This document shows positions 13,001-24,904 of a DNA stretch of 64,000 nucleotides, in pieces. The position numbers and the translations under genes are program-made. The notes below the pieces were generated by a model. It was not told the origin of the DNA. It saw nothing but the letters and a program-made list of their open reading frames with translations, and did not search any database. The DNA is from Trichoplax adhaerens (taxonomy: Eukaryota; Animalia; Placozoa), in the NCBI RefSeq assembly GCF_000150275.1, contig NW_002060958.1, positions 1,000,272-1,064,271 on the forward strand, written 5' to 3'. Numbering within the stretch: position 1 is the first letter of the stretch; every line of letters begins with the position of its first letter.

Positions 13001-13452
13001 TAAATAATTAAATACAATAGTCTTCATGCCGCTACACGTACAAACTGACGGTAAATGGATTACATTTCTATAATAAAATAAAAATTGTACTGATTGTAGA
13101 TCAATAGTTCAATATTAAAAAAAAAAATGAACAAACATGAAGAGAAACAAGAGCTGTAGACATATTTCAAGTGATACAATCAGTTGACATAATAAAGAGC
13201 AGGATCATTAAAAATGATTCATTGGCTATACATGGATGTACACGATTGATAATAGGGTGCTTGGTAAGATGGAGAGTATCATTATTTTACAGCAACGATT
13301 GCTGTACATTCTAATCCAGCAAAATTAAAATACTTTTACTTTATCTTTAACTCATCGCCAGTATCTATTTTATTAGTTACTTTTGAAAATAAAATTGTTA
13401 CACCTGTATCAAATTGGATGAAGGTAGTAAGCAAGCAAGCGCCCATCTCCAA

Positions 13453-15603
13453 TCATACTCGTAAGCGCTCTTCACTATTTTGATCTTCATCCTTGGCCGA
13501 TTGGCAAGTAGTAAATAATTTCTTGTTCAGAAAATATCCAAAACCGACAGACGTCAGAAACAGTAAAGCGAAAAAGAAAGGCTCATTATATAGCATGTAG
13601 TAAATAAGGAGGGTAGTAGCAAGGAATGCTAACATGGCTGCCAAAAGAGCTCTACCTAAATACCGCAATAGCTTACGTAAAATGACACTAATAAAACTAG
13701 CTCCAATTCGAACTGGAGGTATACAATGTCCGTCCCAATTGCAAATTCCACTACCATTTCCACAGTTGCTTCCTTCTGGCTTGTACATTCCAGGCAACTT
13801 ATCATATTCTGGATAGTCGGAAATACTTTGACAAGTCTTTGTGTTTTCATTCCAACAGCATAGATGGCAAGATTTCTCCTTCACTTGGCACTCGCATGCT
13901 TGACGACCATATTGTAAGCATAAAGATCCTGAACATTCTCCATTTTGGCACGTCTTTCTATTACCTTCACATAACGTTGAATCAGGCTTCGTTTTTGGTG
14001 GAGGGCAAACCGAACCGTGTGTCTTGCCATCACATAAACTGCTATGATAGCATTCTTCTTCATGGAGACAAGCAATTTCTTCCGATACATTATAAAACAT
14101 GCATGAATCTGGATTACAACAAGGACCTTGGCTTGGACTACATTGACTCGACGTTATCAGTTTGCAAGTTTCTGCATCACAACAACTGTCTGAACAATCT
14201 TCTTTTGCGCCGCAATCGCATTCTTCACCAGGTTGAATTCTACCATTGCCACATTGATTGGAGGCAACATTTACATCAAGTAACTGTTTCCTGGAACATG
14301 TATTCAATCGATCACGTAGAGTAGTGAGAATAGATTGCTTATCGCATGGATTAGTTTGAGCTAAAATAGCTTTAGTCGTGCTTTTATCTAAGCATTCTCT
14401 ATCTTCGTGCCATAGACCAGTGGCAATAGCTAATTCTTGAATAAATTCATTCTCTATCATGGCTTGAGGCAGAGTAGAATTGAGACTTTTTCGACTGATA
14501 ATCATTACATTTCCCGATATCATTTCTTGAACAGTAGGATGCTGCTGGTAAGGTGAACATAGACCAAAGTTTTTTGTTCCATGAGTCCAACTGATACTGT
14601 TTTCGTGGTTAGTGAATTCACGATTAGTAAGTACAATAACTAAGCAGTAATCGTTGTAATTTAGCCGAGAACGTTGCAGTAAATATTCCATAGGATCTGA
14701 GCTATCTTCCTGCCCCGCCTCATTGACGTACCAATCTGGCTCTTCAATTTGAACGCTATCCAGTTGAAATTCTATTTCGTCCCTAATGTAATGGTCATCA
14801 TCCACAGACAAGGATTGGATCAATTTATTCCCTGCTAGAACAATATTCCATAAAGCTGCTTCAATGACTGGTTTGTTATTATGGTAGCTAACAGTAAAGC
14901 TAGCATCAGAAATGGCTAGCAGCTTGCAAATTTTTTTCTTAACTTGGAGAGGACCTGATTTCCAGTTGAGAGGAGAATCGTCTAGTCTATTAGGCGACAC
15001 CTTTGATTGTATAAACATCTCATCACTGTCTTCTTCCAAAAGCGAAAGATCCTGATCTGTAGCAAGATATTTGTCAAGATTTTCAATACTTTCAGTCAGA
15101 ATACCATACCTGGCAGTTCCACTACGATATTGATATGGAATCAAGTCTGCAAAACTATATATTAATGCATATCTTTCATCATCATGGTCACTAAACCAAG
15201 AATCAACATAATAAATCTTTGTAAATTTTCCACGTCCTATTGCGATTTTTCCGTAAAATTCTCCATGGCTTGTCACTATTCCATCGACGTATGATTGTGA
15301 ATTATTAGTTACTTTTCCAACAACACTAATAGGCAAGATGGTACAATTTTGGCTGTTATTTCGATTCCATGAGACATTCTGTGAAGGTCTGATGGATAGG
15401 AGTATCGTTTTATTGGCCACAGAGAAGTTAAATTGGCCACGACATGAGGATCGATTATAGTCGAAATAAGCCTTGATAGGCGAGTGGAGTTGATAATTGG
15501 TAAGATGTCGCTTGATTTGGTCTTCACTTTTTGCTAGACTAATGGAAGCTAGCAATAGCAAAGTAGCAATCGTGGTTAGTAATTTAGAAACATTTGAATT
15601 CAT
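13453..15603 (-). CDS. Intronless ADAM10/ADAM17-like (M12B reprolysin) membrane protein, 716 aa, predicted catalytically inactive
   Basis: Signal peptide, prodomain, ADAM10-like protease fold (DYCLVIVLTNREF, GLCSPY), disintegrin domain (CGNGRIQPGEECDCG..CSPSQGPCC), Cys-rich region and a C-terminal hydrophobic region. The zinc motif HExxHxxGxxH reads QELAIATGLWH. Confidence 0.92.
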   Translation of the reverse strand: MNSNVSKLLTTIATLLLLASISLAKSEDQIKRHLTNYQLHSPIKAYFDYNRSSCRGQFNFSVANKTILLSIRPSQNVSWNRNNSQNCTILPISVVGKVTNNSQSYVDGIVTSHGEFYGKIAIGRGKFTKIYYVDSWFSDHDDERYALIYSFADLIPYQYRSGTARYGILTESIENLDKYLATDQDLSLLEEDSDEMFIQSKVSPNRLDDSPLNWKSGPLQVKKKICKLLAISDASFTVSYHNNKPVIEAALWNIVLAGNKLIQSLSVDDDHYIRDEIEFQLDSVQIEEPDWYVNEAGQEDSSDPMEYLLQRSRLNYNDYCLVIVLTNREFTNHENSISWTHGTKNFGLCSPYQQHPTVQEMISGNVMIISRKSLNSTLPQAMIENEFIQELAIATGLWHEDRECLDKSTTKAILAQTNPCDKQSILTTLRDRLNTCSRKQLLDVNVASNQCGNGRIQPGEECDCGAKEDCSDSCCDAETCKLITSSQCSPSQGPCCNPDSCMFYNVSEEIACLHEEECYHSSLCDGKTHGSVCPPPKTKPDSTLCEGNRKTCQNGECSGSLCLQYGRQACECQVKEKSCHLCCWNENTKTCQSISDYPEYDKLPGMYKPEGSNCGNGSGICNWDGHCIPPVRIGASFISVILRKLLRYLGRALLAAMLAFLATTLLIYYMLYNEPFFFALLFLTSVGFGYFLNKKLFTTCQSAKDEDQNSEERLRV

Positions 15604-15829
15604 TGTAAATTGTGGTTGTCTACTCTTTACTTTGGATAATTCTACTCGTTTCTATCTTCACTTACGAAATCATAAAAATTGTTCAATTTACTATGTGGAT
15701 GTATATATAAACTTTTCAATTCTTTGCTCTGTTGAAGTAATTCCGTCAATATTGGGTTGTTGCTATTGCTATTTTAGTTGCGATGACGTCCAGAAATTTC
15801 GTTTCTACTGTAAAAAATAGAATCAGATG

Positions 15830-16600
15830 TTCTATATTTAATTCTAGACTGCTAGAAATGTACTTTACTAGTAGCCTACGGTTACGCAATAACACTTAAT
15901 CATGGTAGGAAATGCCGTTTTTATTTAAACGCACTATATATAACTTTAGATTGTTGGAAATATCCTTTCCAGTAGCCTGTAGCTTTGAAATCATGTTTAA
16001 ATCAAGATAGGAAATGCTAGTATTGACGAGAATGTTCTATATATGCATCTATGTATGCTAGATTACTAGAAATATGCTTCTAGTAGTCTGGATCTACCAT
16101 ATAGCAAATCATGATTATCGGAAATGGCAGTGTTTACCGGATATACTATATACGTACAACTTTAGATTACTTGTAGTCTACAGCGACGACGCAACATATG
16201 GCCATTATAAGAAACGACAATGCATGTTGGATGTTCTCGATATAACTCTAGATTGCTAGAAATGTCATTTCCTAGAGATCAGTGCATGCGATATAACATA
16301 AAAGAGAAATGATTAATGTTTGTTGAATGTACTTTATGTAACGGTGGATTGTTAGACATGCACTCTTCTCTTAGCCCGTATATGGGATACAACATACTGT
16401 ATAATAATCTTGATAGGAAATGGCAGTATTGATTGAATATATCCTAGGTAGCACAGAATGTCATTTTAGTGTTCATTGAATGCACTCTAGAGAACTCTAG
16501 ATTGTTGGAGATGCACTTTTCTAATAGTCTATACTCTCTCGACGACATACAGTGTAGCATCTAATCATTAGAAGAAATGGCAGCGTAAGTTTTACGTGTA
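15830..16600. repeat. Degenerate tandem repeat upstream of the ADAM-like gene
   Basis: Recurrent CTCTAGATTG(C/T)TAGAAATG and GGAAATGGCAGT motifs roughly every 100 bp. Confidence 0.6.
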
Positions 16601-18280
16601 ATTTGAACATTTTTTTGTTTATTTGAGCGATAATTATTTCTTATTAGGCTATACTATTAATAGACTGAAGCGTACTAATTCTTTAGGATCATGCCATAGC
16701 AATTCTATAAATACTAGCATCGCCAAAAATAAGCACAAATATGGTATCGTTATTGACGAGCTCCATGAAGGGTGGACATAAATTCAGTCTCTCTATAAAG
16801 TTCGAAGGATGCGTTCAACAATATTAGCATAAATAAATTAAGCATAACCAGTGTCAATAATTGGAATGATGTGAGCAAACATTTCGTACGGCATAGAATG
16901 CGGGTTTAGTTAGTGATGTAAACTACCCACCGTTGTTGGAGGTATCCTATCTGAATGAAGGACACTAAACAGAGTCTATATTCAATTTCATGAACATTTT
17001 ATCCTGCCTTGTTTATTGATATCTGTAAGACGTAGTAGCCCTATGAAAGTACGGATTAGGGAAAGTTGAGAGTTTCGACATATATTACATATGTCATACA
17101 ACAAACTGAACGCTATATCTCATGGTAGATTACATATTCATAGACATGTTTAGACTTTATATTCTAACGAAAGTCGAAGGTGGTCGCATATGACATATGA
17201 TCGCAAGTGCTAGGAATATCCAAGGTCTCGATAGTCTTCCAGTGCACTCTCACTCAATTTCTAGCACTGCTATCATGTTTTAGCCATTAATAGGCAATGC
17301 AATTTGTTGTAGGATATCAATTTAAAGTAGATGATGTATTATTAGTGTACTAAAGAAAGTTCTTTGACGATTCATGAGTCTACTACAGCCAATAAATTCA
17401 TAGAAATTACTTTATAGGCTCGCTATAAGTAATTTAGAGTTTTATATTGGCTTTACGACTTGATTGTTGTTTATGCTGACTTTATGAGATGTGCAATTTT
17501 GTATCGGTTTTATAACATCATGAATTATCACTTTATATTGGAATGTTGTAGTTCTATGCAATTTTATAAGATAACATTTGTGGTTTAGAATGCAATTTTT
17601 TAAAATCTATTCATTACTTTGTGCTGATTATATTGCAGTTTATTTGAACGTGTAATGTACTAGTTCGATAAAATACATTATAATAAACGGATAGAACGAA
17701 AAGAACTAGACTCCACACACCTGCAGACTATAGACTAAAGGTATTTTACCAAGAATGAACTTTTTATGAGTGAAGATATTTGCTTAGTCTTACATAAATG
17801 CGAACTTTCAAAAGGACGATATTTTATCACAGGATGTGATAAAATAATAAATTACTAAATACCAAGTTTTCATTTTGATTTCAATGTGATCTATGTAAAC
17901 CGACGCTTTATTTTATTTGAAATAGCTTGAACAGAAAGAGTAGATTACGAAATGTTCCAAGTGTAAATTAATTAGCTTATCAACGACATTTAGAGCTGTA
18001 GTGATACTAGGATAAAATCTTACTTTAATAACACAAAGACGACAATTCAACATCTAAAATTGCTAATACATGCCTCAATATGCAATATTACGCACGATGC
18101 ATATGCCCTAAGTTGTAGACGATTTGACGTTCGATTTACATCAAATATTACAGTTGATGAAATCGACGCTTTAATTAGTTCATTAATAAAAATACGATTA
18201 CTGATTGATGAACCTTGAAGATAGAAATGTCAGAAAGTATTGAAATAGCTGAAAACTAGTCTGTCATACAAATTTTTGTT

Positions 18281-18814
18281 TTATAGTCGTTCACAGTAGC
18301 TAGGGTATTTTTCTGGCTGGAAATTATAACTTCTATCCGTCTCTATTGGTTTTGAAGATTGGCTATTGTAAACTCGAATATAGCAGACTACATGTGTTGC
18401 TGTAGTCTCGGAAGAGGATTTCTCGTTCAAGCAATATTTGTTTTTACGATGTTCTTCGATTGATTTCAATTCCAATTGGCATCCACGTTCTTTGGTTAGT
18501 TTGCCAGTGCCATAAATAACTCTCGGTTTCTTACCCATTTTTTCATCGCAATGATGCCCGTCTCCTATACCGCGAGTTTTCAATGATGTTTTAAGATCAT
18601 CATGAAATTCTGCGATACCGATGTAATAGTATTGGTAACCATTTCCTATTTCTCTTAATGTGTCTTCAAATTCCTGAACAGTTAATTGTACAATTGCTGG
18701 TTCATCGTTTGCAGTTAATGTTAATGGTACAATTTTTGATTCATAGTTTGCCATAGTGCTGCCAGTAACAAAATCCGATTCTACACGTTGTGTCGATTTC
18801 AGTGATTGCAACAT
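18281..18814 (-). CDS. 177-aa protein, candidate GIY-YIG superfamily nuclease (circularly permuted type)
   Basis: A 534-nt ORF in AT-rich DNA. Motif order: YYIGI, LKTR, VIYGT, LELKSIE, CLN, VCYIRVY. A plausible 5'UTR intron lies at about 18854-18919 and a TACTGTAC palindrome at 18953-18970. Confidence 0.6.
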   Translation of the reverse strand: MLQSLKSTQRVESDFVTGSTMANYESKIVPLTLTANDEPAIVQLTVQEFEDTLREIGNGYQYYYIGIAEFHDDLKTSLKTRGIGDGHHCDEKMGKKPRVIYGTGKLTKERGCQLELKSIEEHRKNKYCLNEKSSSETTATHVVCYIRVYNSQSSKPIETDRSYNFQPEKYPSYCERL

Positions 18815-20019
18815 CTTTTATACCATCTGATGAGCTTAAGTTAATTATTTTACTATAAATAAATAGCTGACTCATTACTTTTAACAATAGTAAATTCCGA
18901 TTAAAAATAAATTACTGACTTGTTGATTTGGTAATTCACTGGTGCTATACTATACTGTACACGTACAGTAATTTTACTACTGTAACTCAAGTGTATGAAT
19001 TGGCTTTGGATGTTCTTGTGAATAAGAATGGTAGTACTGCAAGTACACTCCTACAATCGGATTAGTTCATTAATTTATTAATACAAATTGAGAATGTTGG
19101 AGAATCTCAAATGGCATGATTGTAATATTTGTATAGTAGACTGCTCATTATAATATAATAAAATGAAATAACGGTTCCTTTCTATCATTTCAGTTAGTAC
19201 GCTATCGATTTGCAGTTAGGCTAGCATTTGCTATGACTGTTGATAAGAATGAAGGGGAGACATTTCAGAGTTACGATATAATATTATCTGAATGCGTTTT
19301 CATCCATAGGTCATAGCCAACTCTAGTTGCAGCCAGTCTCGATAATGAATGAAAGGAAAATATCTACAATCCCATTTGACAATATTAAGAAGAAAGTAGA
19401 GAATAGATTAAAAGATGGCGCAATAATTCAAATGTAGTCATGTTCATGGCATTCAAATACAGTACTTCTGTTATGGCAATAGAGTAGTATCGTATTTCAA
19501 CTAGTGTTGTATAATATCACAACCTACACTATCCTAGATGAGAGTGGTTGATGCTATTATACAATCAATGTCAATAGTTCATTATAATAAGCTCAACGAA
19601 TAATACTCACGCAGGATAGCGCTACCAATATTTGATCAAGATGTTGAGACTTTATTAATTAATGCTAAAATATTTTAGTAGGAATGCTGTAGATCGATTG
19701 GCGCATAAAAGAAAGAATTTAAAATATTTTCTTGATGCAATTACAATATACTGTACTGTATGACGGGACTGTGTCTGTTTTGGAACATGGCATCTACTGT
19801 ACAAATATTAGAATGAATAGAATTATAGAAATCAATATAAAGAATGCGAAAGTACAGCAAGTTCGCAGTATGCACATCCGTACAATTTTTTGCATGCATA
19901 CTGCGAACCTGCTGGACTTCCGCATTCTGTACTATAAATAATATAATTAAAATGAAGGAAAATTAATATAACGCCACCCAAATTACCATTAAAATGATAA
20001 CCACTAGTTACTATAATTA

Positions 20020-20700
20020 GACCATTCAATTCCATGGTGCATCTAGAGTAGTCGATGGGTTAATGTCAGTACAAGCGCCAGCCAGGTGGTGCGAAATGAG
20101 CTAGTACGATTCATAAAACTAGCAGCGATTTAGCATGGACCATTCAATGCCATGGTGCATCTACAGTAGTCCATGGGTTTGGACGGGTAAAATTTGACGA
20201 TTACAAATAGCATGCTATGAATTAATATTAAAATGAAGAGTAACGTTTCAATAAATAATGGTCAACGCGTTAATGTCAGTACAAGCGCCAGCCAGGTGGC
20301 GCGAAATGAGCTAGTACGATTCATAAAACTAGCAGCAATTTAGCATGGACCACTCCATTCCACGATGCATCTACACTAATTTTAGAGCAGTCCATGGGAT
20401 TGGATTGGACAGGACTATAAGTAGCGCAAATATATCCTATACACTATTCATATACGATGAAAAAAAAAATAGCATCGATCGGCATTGGGCCACTCAATTC
20501 CATGGTGCATCTAGAGTAATATAGCCGGTCATTACGCGTATTGACCAAACTTCGGCTTTTGGCCGTAACATATATATATATAGTATTCCTATACGATGAA
20601 TAAAAATGGCTGCGATTGGAATACAGTATTCATATACGATTTATGAATAAAAATAGCAGCGATTTGGCGAGGATCACTAAATTCCATGGTGAATGTACTC
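20020..20700. repeat. Local direct repeats (about 120-bp duplicated unit plus degenerate copies)
   Basis: TTAATGTCAGTACAAGCGCCAGCCAGGTGG..TAGCATGGACCA at about 20060 and 20270. ATTCCATGGTG(C/A) recurs at about 20029, 20498 and 20681, with a variant at about 20149. Confidence 0.8.
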
Positions 20701-21497
20701 AGTCTACACTATTGATATACGTTCAGTAGACCTACTAGCAAAATCTGTCGAAATTTCACGGAATATAGTGCGATTTTTTTAAGTACGCAAAAAGAAACCC
20801 AAAATTAACGTTTCAACTCTGCTATTTTTTTTGGAACACATCATACATGCTTAATTGTCGCAAACGTGGCGACAATTAACCCTTTAACATCCTTCATTAT
20901 CGTTCTAAGCCTTTCTTGAAAGGCATCAAAACGCTTTTAAACCGGGTGATGACTGTGCCCTGTACAGTACTGTGTATATGAGTGAGAGTCCTTTCTTTTC
21001 AGATCAATCAGTGATTCAAAAATCTCTCTGGGCCGACCTGATTCTTTCAAATTTTATACGTGTGGATAGATGAAGATCTCATTGACTCAGATGCTATATA
21101 CCGATAAAAAATGTTAGTCAAATGGATTGAAATGTCATCCTTTTATTTCATTTTATCCACTCTAGGAAAAAACGACTCACGCTGATCAATAATATTACTC
21201 GACTGTACATTTAGTGTACAATAGTGTAGGAGCATGGCCGAAAAAAGGATAGGCCTCAACCATCGCTGTCCATTTAGTCCTATTTCTATTTTTTGGATGA
21301 TATCCGTCACGAAATCCTGCTCCTACTTGGTACTATAGTTTCATTTCTAAGCAGAATAGGGTAGTGAAAATAGTGTACTGTATATGTATAGTACGCTAGA
21401 CAGAACTTGGTCACTGGTTCAGTTCCTCGAAGACAGATAGACTTTTCTGACCAAATGAGGCCGTCAATATCGAAAAATGATTTACTTAGGATCGATC

Positions 21498-21810
21498 TTC
21501 CGTGTCTGTTTTCTCAATCACTGGTACTCATTTCAATAACATCGACGATCTTATATAGAACTATTTCCAAGCAGAACTTAGTAACCGATAATAAGATTCA
21601 ACGTAATCTTCATTTAGAAAAAATTAGTCCATTGAATATCGATCGTCTCCATACTAAAGTATAGGATAGTACTGTCATAACGAGGCGTTTGACATAATAT
21701 TGGAATAGTTGAAAAATAATTACTTTGGATGGATTTTCCGTGTCTGTTTTCTCAATCACTGGTACTCATTTCAATAACATCGACGATCTTATATAGAACT
21801 GTTTCCAATA
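21498..21810. repeat. Short direct duplication (about 70 bp, near-identical)
   Basis: TTCCGTGTCTGTTTTCTCAATCACTGGTACTCATTTCAATAACATCGACGATCTTATATAGAACT at about 21498 and 21736. Confidence 0.85.
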
Positions 21811-22539
21811 TAAAGTTACTGAACCTCTGTTAAATGAGCACATTATCGTAAACCATTAGTAAAGCGACGGGAGTTTGCACTAGTATGAATAAATCGTCTC
21901 CAAGCTAAAGTACTGTCATAACGAACTGTTTGGCATAATATTTGAACGAGATGAGAGCAAAAGTGTCTGTGCGTCTAGAGTGATCAGTCCAGGTCTTCTT
22001 CTAGTTGTCCATGACTGTAAATAGTGTATCTTGACAATGGCTTCTATCCGTTGTGTTTCCATTTTTAGTCGTTAACGTTGGCACCAGGGACTTGATACAC
22101 TCCGCCTAGTATGCTTGCTAAAAATTCTCTTTTTATTTAGGATTGGCTGCATTTTAATCGTATAGCCGTAATAACGTAGAATACCCTTATTTTAGTAATT
22201 CATTACCTTGTCTTATGATAACACATTAAAAGACTACTAAAAAGAAAGAAATACTGGACAGCCTTCCATGCAAAATAATGTTCAAACTTATCCTTTTATC
22301 GATCATTCCACTATACGATACCGATGAAACCGTTTATCATATTGCACAAAACTAACTCAGCAGGCTAATGGCAGCTAATTTGGATACTAATTGCAAACAG
22401 TCCAGCATAATATACCGTTACAGACATGCGACACTGTTAAAATAACCAGTAAAATAATTGATTCATTAAGGAAATATCCAAAACAGAGAGACATGATAAA
22501 CAGTAAGACGGAAAAGAAAGATACATTTTATAACAGGTA

Positions 22540-22920
22540 GTCAATGAAGAGGCTAGCAACAAAGAATACCAACATAGCTGCCAAAAGAGCTTTACCTAAA
22601 TACCGCAATAACTTAGGCAAAAGTATAGCGATAAAACTACAGTAACTCTAATTCCAACTGCAGGTATACAATGTCCATCCCAATTGCAAATTTTACTACC
22701 ATTTCTAAAGTCGCTTCCTTCTGGCTTGTACATGTTAGGCAACTTTCCATATTTTGAATAGTCGGAAATACTTTGACAAGTCTTTGTATTTTCATTCCAA
22801 CAGCATCGAGGTCAACATTTCTCCTTCACTTGACACTCGCATACCTGACGACCCTATCGTAAGCATAAAGACCCTAAACATTCGCCATTTTAGCACGTCT
22901 TTCTGTTATCCTCACATAGC
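22540..22920 (-). pseudogene. Truncated, frameshifted duplicate of the 3' part (Cys-rich and transmembrane region) of the ADAM-like gene
   Basis: Colinear with about 13600-13975 (shared GCTGCCAAAAGAGC..TACCTAAATACCGCAATA and TAGTCGGAAATACTTTGACAAGTCTTTGT). There is a 5-nt insertion near 22640 and no ORF. Confidence 0.9.
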
Positions 22921-23419
22921 TGTTGCGTATTAGGATATGATCGAAAACAGGCAGAACAATATCTTTATCTTTATAGCAAATGGCAGTATTGATTGAATAT
23001 GCGGATGTCGCTTGAGATGGCTAGAAATGTACATTTTGAACCGGTCATCTCTCTCTCTCTCTCTATGATATGCAATATCATCGATAATAAGAAATGCAAG
23101 TGTTCATTGAATGCACTCTAGATTGTTAGAGATGGACTTTTCTGATCGTCTATACTCTCTACGACGTACAGTATGTATAACATCATATTATTAGAAGAAA
23201 TGGCAGCGTCAATTGTATATGTAATTTGGATACTGGACCTTGTGAGTGATTTACTCGATATTCGTATGAAGAAAGAGGATTGATTATGCAATGAAATACG
23301 CCTAGATAAATATTAATAAATGTATCAATGAAGTCATGTTATAAAGTTGGAATGATACATTCAAGGATATTTTATAGCCTAGTTTAAAGCTGGTTTCAGA
23401 AGATGTTATCCATTTCAGC

Positions 23420-24855
23420 AATCTGTCTACGACATTATGCTGTAATTTTATGCTAGTTTTATTTATGATTTACAGCCCTTTTAAACTGCAAGTTCTCCAT
23501 TTATGCAGTCTTTCTACGACATTATATTGTAATTTTATGCTAGCTTTATCCATGATTTGCAGCCCTTTGAAACTGCAAGTTCTCGATTTATGCCAGTTTT
23601 ATCCATGATTTACAGCCCTTGTAAACTGCAAGATCTCGATTTATGCAAGCTTTCTACGACATTATACTGTAATTTTATGCTAGTTTTATCCATGATTTAC
23701 AGCCCTTTGAAACTGCAAGATCTCGATTTATGCCAGTTTTATCCATAATTTACATCCCTTTGAAACTGCAAGTTCTCCATTTCAGCGGTCTTTCTACGAC
23801 ATTATACTGTAATTTTATGCTAGTTTTATCCATGATTTACAGCCCTTTTAAACTGCAAGATCTCGATTTATGCCAGTTTTATTTATGATTTACAGCCCTT
23901 TTAAACTGCAAGTTCTCGATTTATGCAGTCTTTCTACGACATTACACTGTAATTTTATGCTAGTTTTATCCATGATTTACAACCCTTTGAAACTGCTACA
24001 TCTCGATTTATGCCAGTTTTATTTATGATTTACAGCCCTTTTAAACTGCAAGTTCTCGATTTATGCAGTCTTTCTACGACATTATACTGTAATTTTATGC
24101 TAGTTTTATCCATGATTTACAACCCTTTGAAACTGCTACATCTCCATTTATGCCAGTTTTATCCATGATTTACAGCCCTTTGAAACTGCTACATCTCGAT
24201 TTATGCCAGTTTTATTTATGATTTACAGCCCTTTTAAACTGCAAGTTCTCGATTTATGCAGTCTTTCTACGACATTATACTGTAATTTTATGCTAGTTTT
24301 ATCCATGATTTACAACCCTTTGAAACTGCTACATCTCGATTTATGCCAGTTTTATTTATGATTTACAGCCCTTTTAAACTGCAAGTTCTCGATTTATGCA
24401 GTCTTTCTACGACATTATACTGTAATTTTATGCTAGTTTTATCCATGATTTACAACCCTTTGAAACTGCTACATCTCGATTTATGCCAGTTTTATTTATG
24501 ATTTACAGCCCTTTTAAACTGCAAGTTCTCGATTTATGCAGTCTTTCTACAACATTATACTGTAATTTTATGCTAGTTTTATCCATGATTTACAACCCTT
24601 TGAAACTGCTACATCTCCATTTATGCCAGTTTTATCCATGATTTACAGCCCTTTGAAACTGCTACATCTCGATTTATGCCAGTTTTATCCATGATTTACA
24701 GCCCTTTGAAACTGCTACATCTCCATTTATGCCAGTTTTATGCCATGCATTTCACAGCCCTTTGAAACTGCTACATCTCGATTTATGCCAGTTTTATCCA
24801 TGATTTATAGCCCTTTGAAACTGCAAGTTCTCCATTTATGCAATCTTTCTACGAT
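23420..24855. repeat. Tandem satellite: 49-bp monomer plus a 42-bp spacer forming a 140-bp higher-order unit
   Basis: Monomer TTTTATCCATGATTTACAGCCCTTTGAAACTGC..TCTCGATTTATGCCAG. Spacer TCTTTCTACGACATTATACTGTAATTTTATGCTAG repeats at a 140-bp spacing (for example 23941 and 24081). Confidence 0.95.
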
Positions 24856-24904
24856 GAACGCCATTTCACGCCAAGTATACCGAACGACAGAAGTATGGAC
24901 TAGA

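Noticed and set aside
13634-14324. ORFs overlapping the ADAM-like gene in other frames or antisense
   Set aside because: Shadow ORFs of a real coding region.
21405-21430. T-loop-like GGTTCAGTTCC
   Set aside because: No cloverleaf could be built around it.
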